NCBI GenBank assembly: GCA_946527885.1
Contig: CAMMYO010000001.1
Span: 578-64,577, forward strand
DNA from: an uncultured Candidatus Saccharibacteria bacterium
GTDB taxonomy: Bacteria > Patescibacteriota > Saccharimonadia > Saccharimonadales > Saccharimonadaceae
DNA length: 64,000 bases
Direction of reading: 5' to 3'
The notes under the pieces were generated by a model. It ran no database searches and was not told where the DNA came from. It saw nothing but the letters and a program-made list of their open reading frames with translations. The position numbers were made by a program, and so were the translations under genes. Shown here piece by piece: positions 26,417-35,865 of this stretch (positions within the stretch are counted from its first letter, which is position 1; every line of letters starts with the position of its first letter).

Positions 26417-27880
26417 ATGAAAAGTAAAGTTCATTTTTCGGTCATCCCGCTAGCAATCGCCGTTGCATATCTTTTTGCTGCCATTGTCGTGCGTTTTGTG
26501 GGGCTCGCCATGGATCTTCCGCAATGACTGTGAATCTTTGTGTTTGTTTTTAGTCTTTTGGCTCTTTTCGCTCGAAATTTGCCAAGAATCCTGCTATCGT
26601 TTCTGGCTGGCTTTCTTGTGGGTTTTATTCAGCACGCGAACTATCTCAAAGGTCTGAATGATATTACTAGTCATATCGGCAAGAGCGTTCAGATTGAGGC
26701 TCAAATCACGCATGCGCCAGAAATAAAAAATGGCTCACAAACCCTGCGAGCGAACATTATATCCTTTAATTATAGCATAAACGATATAAAAAGTCAAATT
26801 TATCTATCGCTACGGTCGCAAACCGAACTGAAGCAGGGCGACGCGGTCATTGTTCGCGGGGAAATAATGCCGGGTTTCGGCAGCTACGTAGTTTCGATGC
26901 GTCAGGCGAATCTAGTCGCAATTCGACCTCGGGCGCCAACATTGATCGATTGAGCTCGGACTACTTTTTCGTCTCGATTAGAGGGCGTGTTTTTGGATGA
27001 AAAATGCTCATCGCTCGCGCTCGCATATCTTGTCGGCGACAAGCAGGGAATCGATGAGAACTTTCTAGATCAACTGCGCGCCGTCGGACTTTCGCACATA
27101 ATCGTAGCTTCTGGCTTTCACCTGGCAACTATCGTAGGCGTCATTCGGCGCCTTCTTGGTAAAGTATCGCGTTTCGCTGCGACAACTGGCTCGATTTTAC
27201 TAATGGTTTGCTATATTGTGCTAGTCGGTTTAAGTGCGAGCATGCTACGAGCGAGCATCGTTACAATGTTGTCGATTTGCTTCGGTTATTTTGGTCGTAG
27301 ACTGCATCCGTGCCGAGCGATAATTTATGCTGCGACCATCTCGTTGTTGTTTAGGCCAGACTTTCTGACTGACGCGGCGTGGCTACTATCTTTCGCATCG
27401 TATATTGGAATCGTGATATTTCGACCGATTATTCAAAAATTCTTCTACGGTCGACAGAAACCGCCCGCTCTTTCGGATATGATTTTGACTACGATTTCAG
27501 CCCAGCTGGCCTGCACCCCGATATCGCTCTTCTTTTTTGGTAGCATATCGTTTTTGGGTGTTTTGGCAAACATACTCATCTCTCCGACTATTCCAATCGT
27601 GATGGGTGCTAGTTTCATGGTAGTCATTTCGCCTTCGGCCGTTGCGGGGTTAGTCGCGGTTCTCGCAAAGGGAATTCTTCGTTTGCAAATGCTAGCCGTG
27701 AGCTTTCTCTCCGAATGGCGCTGGGGTATTCTTGTGGTCGATAAAAATGAGCCGAGAGTACTGCTGCTTTATGTCGGAATTGTGCTACTGATTCTAGCGA
27801 TGACTCATCGCGAACGCTTTCGCTTTCGTCGACGCCGACTAGATAAAACGTCAAAATATGGTAAAATATATTCATGTTAA
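26417..27880 (+). CDS. comEC: DNA internalisation channel ComEC (DUF4131 plus competence domain, no beta-lactamase domain). The frame is interrupted by in-frame TGA at 26525-26527, 26531-26533 and 26951-26953.
   Basis: One frame is open from ATG 26417 to TAA 27880 apart from three TGAs. It reads ...AMDLPQ-X-L-X-IFVFVFSLLALFARN... and ...RAPTLID-X-ARTTFSSRLEGVF...LAYLVGDKQGID...GLSHIIVASGFHL. The track shows only the fragments 26540-26953 and 26987-27880. Confidence 0.65.
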
Positions 27881-28278
27881 TCCGTTCCGAGTCAGAGATG
27901 TTGGCTTTTGGTGAGCGCGTTGCGTCTCAACTCGAGGCGCCTATTTTGATAGAGTTAGTCGGCGATGTCGGTGCTGGCAAAACTACCTTCACGCGCGGTC
28001 TAGCGCACGGTCTTGGCGTAAAAGAAGCAATTACCTCTCCTTCATTTACGATTTCAAAGTCTTATCGCGGCGAAAAAGCGGATTTAGTTCACTATGATTT
28101 CTATCGCCTTGGCGATCCTGGCATTATGCTCGAAGACTTGGCTGAGTCAATTTCCGATCCGAGAGCTGTTACTGTCGTGGAATGGGCGGACAGTATTCGT
28201 AATATTCTGCCAGAGCAACATAAGACTATTATTATAAAATATATCGACGAAAATACAAGGGAGGTAATTGAGCGATGA
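27874..28278 (+). CDS. tsaE: tRNA t6A37 biosynthesis ATPase TsaE
   Basis: GDVGAGKTTFTRGL Walker A, SPSFTI, HYDFYRL. Ends in TGA inside an ATGA overlap with tsaB. Confidence 0.9.
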   Translation: MLIRSESEMLAFGERVASQLEAPILIELVGDVGAGKTTFTRGLAHGLGVKEAITSPSFTISKSYRGEKADLVHYDFYRLGDPGIMLEDLAESISDPRAVTVVEWADSIRNILPEQHKTIIIKYIDENTREVIER

Positions 28279-28607
28279 AGCTATATCTCGACACTTCGAC
28301 CGCGCAAACCGTTTTGCGCTTGGACGATAAAGAATATCTGTGGGATTCTGGCCGAACCTTGGCAAGGGATTTACTAAAATACATCCATGATTGCTTGGCC
28401 GAGCAGGGTGCAGACTGGACCGATTTAATGGAACTCCACTTTTTTGCTGGCCCAGGCAGCTTTACAGGGCTTCGCATTGGTGCCACGGTCATAAATACGC
28501 TTGCCGATCAACTCAAAATCCCGCTCTATAACCAGAGAGGCGAAAAAGTAGAGCTCGTCATGCCTGAGTATGGCCGTCCGGCGAATATTACTCCGCCGCG
28601 CAAATAG
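28275..28607 (+). CDS. tsaB: TsaB-like protein, truncated to the N-terminal half
   Basis: 110 aa. MKLYLDTS...GPGSFTGLRIGATVINTLA. Confidence 0.75.
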   Translation: MKLYLDTSTAQTVLRLDDKEYLWDSGRTLARDLLKYIHDCLAEQGADWTDLMELHFFAGPGSFTGLRIGATVINTLADQLKIPLYNQRGEKVELVMPEYGRPANITPPRK

Positions 28608-28693
28608 TCACTACCGTTGGCATATCTTTTCTTCAGATGATATACTTAAAGGGGGATTTTAAGTTTAATTTTTATTGTTAGAAAAGAGGATAA

Positions 28694-30211
28694 ATGGAAT
28701 TAGTTTACGCGATAGTCGCGCTAATCATTGGCGCTGGCGCTGGCGTAGGTGGTTTTTACGCATACAGTAAAAACAAAGAGAAAACCGGCCAGAACAAAGC
28801 GGACGAAATCATTCGCAAGGCGAAGCATGAGGCTTCGGAGATTGTTTTGAGTGCAAAGAAAGAAGCCTCCTCGGTTTCCGATAAAGCTCAGAAAGAGGAA
28901 AACGAACGTCGCCGCGAGTGGAAAAAGACCGAAGACCGCCTAGTCGAGCGCGAAACTTTGCTCGACAAAAAGCTTGACCAGCTCGACAAAAAATCTGAAA
29001 ATTTACGCGCGCAGGAAGCTGAAATCGAGAGCTTAAAGAGTGAAATTCGCGAGATTCGCACCAAAGCCCAAGAGAAGCTCGAGAAGATTGCTGGTCTGAC
29101 GAAGGCTGATGCGAAAGAGAAGCTTATGCAGATGACCGAAAAAGACATCAAGCACGACTTGGCTGAGTTGGTTATCAAGGAGCAGAAAGCTATCAAAGAA
29201 AACGCAGACGATACCGCAGAAGCGATTTTGCTGACCGCGATGGAGCGTATGTCTTCCGAGGTTACTGCTGACCGCACGGTTACAAGCTTGAAACTTCCGG
29301 ATGACGATATGAAGGGTCGCATTATCGGTAAAGAGGGGCGCAATATTCAGGCCTTGCAACATGCTACTGGCGTCGACGTGCTTGTCGATGATACTCCAGG
29401 CATGGTTGTTTTGAGTAGCTTCGATCCGATTCGTCGTCAGGTTGCACGCTATGCGCTTGAGCGTCTCATGAAGGACGGTCGCATTAATCCGTCTTCGATT
29501 GAAGATGCGGTCGCCAAGGCCGAGCGCGAAATCGAGAAGGAAGTTATGCGCGCCGGCGAAGATGCCGCTCGCGAGGTCGGTATTGTTGGTATTCCGACCG
29601 AAATCTTGCACTTACTGGGCGAGCTAAAGTTCCGCACTAGCTACGGCCAGAACGTGCTTTTGCACTCGATTGAAATGGCCCACATTGCGGGCATGATTGC
29701 TAAGGAAATCGGCGCCGACGTCAACATCGCAAAGACCGCTGCTCTTATGCACGATATGGGCAAGGCCGTCACTCACAAGATTGAAGGCAAGCATGCCGAT
29801 ATTGGCGCAGAGCTCGCTAAGAAATATGGCATGAACGATCGTGTCGTGCACGCAATTGCGGCTCATCATGATGATATTGAGCCAACCACACCAGAGGCTA
29901 TTATTATCAAGATTGTTGATGCAATTTCCGCTGCTCGTCCAGGCGCTCGCAATATCTCTGCTGAAAACTTCGCCGAACGTATGCGCGCGCTCGAAAATAT
30001 CGCCACTGGCTTCCCGGGTGTCGACAAAGCCTATGCGATTTCCGCTGGTCGCGAGATTCGCGTCATTGTTGAGCCGAAGACGGTCGACGACCTATCGTCT
30101 CTGAAGCTGGCGCGCGATATTGCTGACAAAATTGAAGCAACGATGCAGTATCCTGGCGTCATTAAGGTTAATGTGATTCGCGAAACCCGCGCAATCGAAT
30201 ACGCTAAATAA
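28694..30211 (+). CDS. rny: ribonuclease Y
   Basis: N-terminal TM helix, coiled coil, KH domain (GRIIGKEGRNIQAL) and HD domain (HSIEMAHIAG...HDMGK). Confidence 0.95.
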   Translation: MELVYAIVALIIGAGAGVGGFYAYSKNKEKTGQNKADEIIRKAKHEASEIVLSAKKEASSVSDKAQKEENERRREWKKTEDRLVERETLLDKKLDQLDKKSENLRAQEAEIESLKSEIREIRTKAQEKLEKIAGLTKADAKEKLMQMTEKDIKHDLAELVIKEQKAIKENADDTAEAILLTAMERMSSEVTADRTVTSLKLPDDDMKGRIIGKEGRNIQALQHATGVDVLVDDTPGMVVLSSFDPIRRQVARYALERLMKDGRINPSSIEDAVAKAEREIEKEVMRAGEDAAREVGIVGIPTEILHLLGELKFRTSYGQNVLLHSIEMAHIAGMIAKEIGADVNIAKTAALMHDMGKAVTHKIEGKHADIGAELAKKYGMNDRVVHAIAAHHDDIEPTTPEAIIIKIVDAISAARPGARNISAENFAERMRALENIATGFPGVDKAYAISAGREIRVIVEPKTVDDLSSLKLARDIADKIEATMQYPGVIKVNVIRETRAIEYAK

Positions 30212-30220
30212 TCCAAATAT

Positions 30221-30255
30221 AAAAATATGCGCCCGCAAAAGCGCATATTTTTTTA
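30221..30255 (+). terminator. intrinsic terminator after rny
   Basis: ATATGCGC-ccgcaaaa-GCGCATAT, then a T7 tract. Confidence 0.7.
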
Positions 30256-30279
30256 TTGCGCTTGTGCTAAAATAAAAGT

Positions 30280-31128
30280 ATGAGCGAGAAAAGCGCTAAT
30301 CTTCAGGGTGGTCAAAATACTGAGGAAAATCAAGAGAATAAAACAGATTATAATTTTCGCGCCGAAAATATCAATCAGCGTGATGAGTCTGCGCTTTTTG
30401 CGCACGTTCGCGAAGACATGGAAAAGCAGGCGATTGAACAGCGCCAGGCGAAACAAGAACTCCGCAGCCAGTACAAGCAAGAGAAGAGTGAAGCCGCGCA
30501 ACGGGCTCGCAGCGAAAAAGAAGCTGCCGCCAAAATGCGCGCCGCAGAAAAAACTCAGATTCGCGAGGCTCAGAAAGCCGTCCGCTTCACGCGCCGCCGC
30601 GAGCGCAATGCAAAAATCAAGGAATTCATTTTTGGCGGCTGGCACAAGTATGTCTTCTGGACTGTCATCTTTCTGGTTGTCGCAATCTCTGTAAAAGCAA
30701 TCATGTCCATCAACTTCAAAGTCGCCGAAGAAAAACAAGCCGAATATACATCAGAAATCGCAAAAACCAGCAATGAATATCTCGAAATGTATAGAGAGTT
30801 TGAAAAGACTAATGATGCGGGCGCTATGGTGTCAAAATATGAGGAGGTGCTCAAAAATACAACTCCGAATCAAATCGAGTATCGCACGGCTGCGATTCAA
30901 TACGCGAAAGTCTTGCAAATGGGCGGAAACTATAAAGAAGCAGTTGAACTGCTTAAGAGTATAGAAAAATATGCCGAATCGGACAGTGAACGGCGATGGA
31001 TTTATATTGGTATATATGAAGCTAGCAGATTAGACGATGATTTGTCTGCCGAAACTGAAAGCTATGGTAAGAAAATTCAATCACTAAACAAGTCGATAAA
31101 TGATGGAGACCCGTATGAAGAAGAGTAG
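30280..31128 (+). CDS. module A1: bitopic membrane protein with a charged K/E/A/R-rich N-terminal region, one TM helix and a helical TPR-like C-terminal domain
   Basis: 282 aa. TM segment is YVFWTVIFLVVAISVKAIM. Preceded by TGcTAAAAT plus 6 nt. Its 3' end overlaps the next gene by 14 nt. Confidence 0.75.
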   Translation: MSEKSANLQGGQNTEENQENKTDYNFRAENINQRDESALFAHVREDMEKQAIEQRQAKQELRSQYKQEKSEAAQRARSEKEAAAKMRAAEKTQIREAQKAVRFTRRRERNAKIKEFIFGGWHKYVFWTVIFLVVAISVKAIMSINFKVAEEKQAEYTSEIAKTSNEYLEMYREFEKTNDAGAMVSKYEEVLKNTTPNQIEYRTAAIQYAKVLQMGGNYKEAVELLKSIEKYAESDSERRWIYIGIYEASRLDDDLSAETESYGKKIQSLNKSINDGDPYEEE

Positions 31129-34100
31129 TACACGCGCAATATTAACGGCCGCTATTCTCGCGTTGGCATTCGGGGGGCGCACGAGTGCTGAGCAGGTTGT
31201 CGCGAATCCTCATGCCGGCTACTGCAATAAAACCTCCGAAGTGGCATTCAAGTCGTGGACCGATGAGCAGCACGGCTGTTTTTCCAGTGGTCTTGGCTGG
31301 GTTTACTATAAATTTTCTGACGAATTTCAGGCTCTAACGCCAGATAAGAGAAAAGAAATTATAAAACATTTGTTCGTGGGGCCAGGCACCAGTACGGGTA
31401 ATCTTACTGACGAATCGATGGTTGGCGGCGGCAATGGCGGCTGGTGGTCTGTAGCGGGTCTGAGCGATTGTTTTTCTAGCGCGCCTAGTCGCAAGAACCC
31501 TGACGGCTTCTACCGTTTTGGCATGATTCAATATAAAACCTCATCGTCATTCGAGGCGAGCGACTCCAACAGTGATGGCTGGAAGTCGTTTAGCACTCTC
31601 GTGTCCGGCGACGTTGCCGGTGCTATGCTTACTGGTAACCAGCCAAGAACTGCAACTAACGGTAGCTGGAGTACTGATCGTCAAGATGGTAGCGGAAACT
31701 TAGCCACCACTCATCTTAGCCAGGAAATTAGAATTTCGGGAACTGACACGGTAAATAATGCGACATATAATAAGTTCCTAGTGGCCACTGCTGTTAGTTT
31801 TACGGACGCTATAAACGACGAGGCTGCTGGCGGCATCAAGTCCGAGTATGATGAGATGTTAAATGAAACAGGGCTAAGCAATCACTGGGAACAAGATGGT
31901 GACGGCAAAGCGGTTATGTCGTTCTGTGGTTACGGCTCCGGTATAGGCGAACAAGATGCCTATTTCAAAGGCTCGGTCGCAATCAATATTGGCGGAACAT
32001 CCGTAGTCACAAGTAGCGATCCTGATGCAAATCCTATTCCGTCTGGGAGCAAAGAATATCCGACCAATGTTTCGAACCAAACCATCACGCTCACCTATAC
32101 TTCTCAGCCAGCCGGCTCGACAGCAAAGCCAAAATATTCGGTGTCGTACACGGTCGAAAAGCGCAACGCTGATGGCTCCTGGACGCAAGTTGGAACGGAT
32201 TCCAAAAATGACATTACGGCTAGCAATACTACTACATTCTCATCCACTACGAGTGGCAGCCCGCTAAATATTACGCTTAACTATGGCGAAGAGTATAAAA
32301 TTTGCGCCTATAATTCATACCACAGCAAGGCGACCTATCAGAATATCAATTATCCAGTCTACGGCAGTGTCCAAAAAGTTAGTGCCTGTGCTACGATTAC
32401 GCGCCCACTTCTGACTTCCGAGCTCCACAGTATGGCCTTTGCTAAAATCGATGGTACTCAATACAACTCAAGCCAAGACGGAACTGGTTCGATTGACGCA
32501 AACCCGTCCACTGCCACCATTGATCCAATTTTGGTTGAGCCGGGTACTTCGCATACGGTTGAGTTATGGAACAATCTGACCCGTACTAACGCAGTTTTTG
32601 ATACGACTTTTAATACTACCTATAACGGAGCAACATCGTCGGTGACCATGGCCAATCATGTAGGTAGCTACGATTTTACTCACCAGAATGAAACGGTTAC
32701 TTTACAACCGCAAGAGGAACGAGATTATTCGACCGAGCTTACGCATCCGGCTCAAGTTAATAACAGACCAGAATCCATCGGTTCGCGCACTTCAAAGCTA
32801 TCGTTTAAGATTCGTGGTAAAGATTTTGAATGTAACTCGGATTTTGGCAGTTACAAGAAATTTGGCGTCAAGGACGGTTATAACATGTCCATCGTCAAGG
32901 TAACGAACGGTCGCCAGACTGTCGGTACTACGAACTACGCTTACGATGGCGACGACAGCAATACGGTTTCTGTTTGGGCGAGACCTAACGATACTATTCA
33001 ATTTACGCATCTCGTTTGTGCGGGCGCGACTTATACAGCCTACAAAAAGAACGACACTGCGACGGAAGGAAAAACCAAATATATCGCAAGCGCCGCTAGC
33101 GACTTGAATACCGGTAACTTCCTGTATGGTTCTTCGTTTACGGCAGCGAATACTCAAAATCTCGTCACGGATCCGATTGGTAATTTCTTGAACTCCGACA
33201 AGGAAAAATCTCCTCGCTATACCTTGAGTGTAAACTCGCCTTCAAGCTCCTCGACTGCGGTTACTGTTAATGATCTCGGCTCTACGATTAGCCAGAAAAT
33301 GACCTGGTCGAATATTGCCTATGTTGGCGGTAATCTTGAGCGCAATGGCGGTAGCGACAAAGAGGCAACCGCAGAAGTAAAGATTCCATATAACTATGTC
33401 TTGAAACCATCCGTTTCGATTGGCGGCTCAGAAGACGAGCATGTTATGCCAGGCATGAATCTAAATATTTCCGGATCGTTGAATGTCGACGGTCGTCAAA
33501 ACAAAGACATTAAAACGAGCGACGGCATTCTTTTGGGCGCTTACGCCACTAATACGCGCGCTACTGAAACTCGCTTGATTGTATTTTCTTCGGAAAACGG
33601 AATGACATCCAGCGGCGTAAAGTATGTTTCTGGTGATGCCGGCCTAAGCGACGGAACACTCTGTAGCGAGGCGGCTGGATCGGTTAACTGCTCGTCGCAT
33701 TATCGTCTCAGTACTGAGAGCGGCGAGGTCTATGGTGGTGGCGATCATAGTAGTCTAATTAGCGGGACGCACACGGTTGCGCTCGACGGCATGAAGGTTG
33801 GTACGCATATTTGCGCCATTACCGCCAGTTATCCTGCCGATAGTCATGCGGCACCGACTGCTAATTTTCCAGACAACGCACCGGCTCTCGGTAGCAATAT
33901 CCCTAGCGGTTCATACTGGGCGGTATCTGCGCCGGCCTGTGTTACGGTAGCAAAAAAGCCAACTGTAAGTGTCGAAGGTGGCGATCTCTTTGTAAAGGGC
34001 GACATTATTGCGTCACACACGAAGCGCGGTCCAAATCCGGACGAAAATTACTTTGGCTCATGGGCGGAATACGGTGTTATCTCGACCGGCTCTATCTATG

Positions 34101-35029
34101 GCTTTAGCTCTGGTGCTGCTACCGCATACGCTGCGGGTGGCTCGTTAGTTAGCATAAATGAATCTAGAACTGCTGCTGGCATGTCGAACGCAAAGAGTCC
34201 CGCCGAAGAGGGTGAGACGCGCTGTCTCTATAATACGCAAACTTTCGCAAACTTAAACTGTATCGAGACAGGAGATGGTGCGATTGGAAATGTAGATGGC
34301 ACGGCAATTGCTTCGAAAGTATCGGCTTATGCTAGGGATGTAATCGCTCGCTTTACGCCAACCGACAAGACTAATAACGATCCATTTACCGGGAACATCA
34401 GCGGCTGTACCTTAGATGACGGATCTTATGTAAATGGCGACGGGAACAACAACTATAGTTGCCGCACGGACGGTATTGCAACCTTCTATCGTGATGGCGA
34501 TACGACGCTTAATGGCATTAGTAGTTTGTCGATGCCTCGCGCTGATAATAAGACTCTCGTTATCTTTATTGATGGCACGCTTACACTAAACGGAGACATA
34601 AAAATCAGCAATGGTTCATATTCTAGCGTTATGGATGTTCCGAACGTTGTCGTAATCGCTCGCAATATCAAGATTTCGCAAAGCGTAAGTACGATTGATG
34701 CGTGGCTAATATCCGGCTACAATGATGCGGCGGCAGAGGATGGCGAGATCGATACGTGCTACGAATATGCCGCTGACAGCTTAAACTCGGAGCGGTGCGC
34801 GAAGTCGCTTATCGTGAATGGTATGACTTTGGCTAAAAAACTGAGCCTAAAGCGTACCGCCGGTGCCGGCACAGACGAAAATAGCCAATCATTTGGCGCA
34901 AATCACTACATTAAACGAGCGGAAATCTTTAATTTGCCAGCAACAAATTACTATTGGGGCTATGGCAGTGCTTCGAAGAGCAACGCTATGCGCACTAACT
35001 ATATGCGCGAAATTCCATCGCGCTACTAA
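31115..35029 (+). CDS. module B1: giant secreted Cys-containing, Asn/Thr/Ser/Gly-rich protein (1304 aa), paralog of 35843-40264
   Basis: Sec signal MKKSSTRAILTAAILALAFGGRTSA/EQ, with GGAG 6 nt upstream. Long uninterrupted ORF. Conserved blocks shared with B2 include PTVSVEGGDLF, CLYNTQTF, IDAWLIS and RAEIFN...YYWGY...EIPSRY. Confidence 0.85.
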   Translation: MKKSSTRAILTAAILALAFGGRTSAEQVVANPHAGYCNKTSEVAFKSWTDEQHGCFSSGLGWVYYKFSDEFQALTPDKRKEIIKHLFVGPGTSTGNLTDESMVGGGNGGWWSVAGLSDCFSSAPSRKNPDGFYRFGMIQYKTSSSFEASDSNSDGWKSFSTLVSGDVAGAMLTGNQPRTATNGSWSTDRQDGSGNLATTHLSQEIRISGTDTVNNATYNKFLVATAVSFTDAINDEAAGGIKSEYDEMLNETGLSNHWEQDGDGKAVMSFCGYGSGIGEQDAYFKGSVAINIGGTSVVTSSDPDANPIPSGSKEYPTNVSNQTITLTYTSQPAGSTAKPKYSVSYTVEKRNADGSWTQVGTDSKNDITASNTTTFSSTTSGSPLNITLNYGEEYKICAYNSYHSKATYQNINYPVYGSVQKVSACATITRPLLTSELHSMAFAKIDGTQYNSSQDGTGSIDANPSTATIDPILVEPGTSHTVELWNNLTRTNAVFDTTFNTTYNGATSSVTMANHVGSYDFTHQNETVTLQPQEERDYSTELTHPAQVNNRPESIGSRTSKLSFKIRGKDFECNSDFGSYKKFGVKDGYNMSIVKVTNGRQTVGTTNYAYDGDDSNTVSVWARPNDTIQFTHLVCAGATYTAYKKNDTATEGKTKYIASAASDLNTGNFLYGSSFTAANTQNLVTDPIGNFLNSDKEKSPRYTLSVNSPSSSSTAVTVNDLGSTISQKMTWSNIAYVGGNLERNGGSDKEATAEVKIPYNYVLKPSVSIGGSEDEHVMPGMNLNISGSLNVDGRQNKDIKTSDGILLGAYATNTRATETRLIVFSSENGMTSSGVKYVSGDAGLSDGTLCSEAAGSVNCSSHYRLSTESGEVYGGGDHSSLISGTHTVALDGMKVGTHICAITASYPADSHAAPTANFPDNAPALGSNIPSGSYWAVSAPACVTVAKKPTVSVEGGDLFVKGDIIASHTKRGPNPDENYFGSWAEYGVISTGSIYGFSSGAATAYAAGGSLVSINESRTAAGMSNAKSPAEEGETRCLYNTQTFANLNCIETGDGAIGNVDGTAIASKVSAYARDVIARFTPTDKTNNDPFTGNISGCTLDDGSYVNGDGNNNYSCRTDGIATFYRDGDTTLNGISSLSMPRADNKTLVIFIDGTLTLNGDIKISNGSYSSVMDVPNVVVIARNIKISQSVSTIDAWLISGYNDAAAEDGEIDTCYEYAADSLNSERCAKSLIVNGMTLAKKLSLKRTAGAGTDENSQSFGANHYIKRAEIFNLPATNYYWGYGSASKSNAMRTNYMREIPSRY

Positions 35030-35103
35030 AATTGCGCGCCATTCCGCTTATGTGTTAAAATAAATTACAAGAGAACGCATGCATTTTTTGCAACGGAGGT
35101 AAA

Positions 35104-35865
35104 GTGCAAGGTCAAAATAACGAAAGCGGAAACGACTCCGCAGACTTGAATTTCAAGTCGTCCGATATTCAGCAGGGCGACGAAGGTCAGCTTTTTGTTA
35201 ACGTCGAAGGCGCCGAAGAACGCGCCGCTGAAGAAGCTGAAGCAAAAGCAAAAATAGAGGCTGAGGAACGTGCCAAACAGGAGGCCGAGCAACGCACTCG
35301 CGCCGCCGAGGAGCATGCCCGCCAAGTCGCCGAACAAAAAGCCGAAAAAGCCCGCCTTGCCAAAGAAAAGAAACTCGCCAAAAAAGCCGCCGGCTCCAAC
35401 GGCGCCAGCAAAAAGAAAAAAATCGCAATCGCCTCTGTTGCGGCTGTAGTCGTGTTGGCGGGCGTCGCAGCACTCGCTATATTCTCAACGCCAAAAGTTG
35501 ATGGTGACTCCGATGCCGATCCTAGCGAGATGCATGTCGATACAGAACGCGATTTTACTGCAAGAGCCAGGATTTCTGCTAACGAAGAGATAATTAGCAA
35601 ATATGAGAATGACCCGTATTTTGGAAAAGAAGAGGCCTATGCTGAATACGATAAAAATATCGAATCCGTCGGTGACGATAGGGAGGCAAAAACGGTCTGG
35701 AGGAATTTTAAAGTAGACTTTGCTTATAATTTTGTAAAAAACAAAAAAGAAGCGAAGGAGTTTTATGAGGAGATGTGTGCAATAGATAACATGACTGAGA
35801 AAGAGTCGAACTTGTGCATTAATCAAGAAAGGATTTTCTGGGATGACGAAAATGGGTCGAATTAG
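35104..35865 (+). CDS. module A2: bitopic membrane protein with the same architecture as A1
   Basis: GTG start after GGAGG. AEERAAEEAEAKAKIEAEERAKQEAEQR charged region, TM segment IAIASVAAVVVLAGVAALAIF, helical C-terminal domain. Overlaps the next gene by 23 nt. Confidence 0.75.
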   Translation: MQGQNNESGNDSADLNFKSSDIQQGDEGQLFVNVEGAEERAAEEAEAKAKIEAEERAKQEAEQRTRAAEEHARQVAEQKAEKARLAKEKKLAKKAAGSNGASKKKKIAIASVAAVVVLAGVAALAIFSTPKVDGDSDADPSEMHVDTERDFTARARISANEEIISKYENDPYFGKEEAYAEYDKNIESVGDDREAKTVWRNFKVDFAYNFVKNKKEAKEFYEEMCAIDNMTEKESNLCINQERIFWDDENGSN

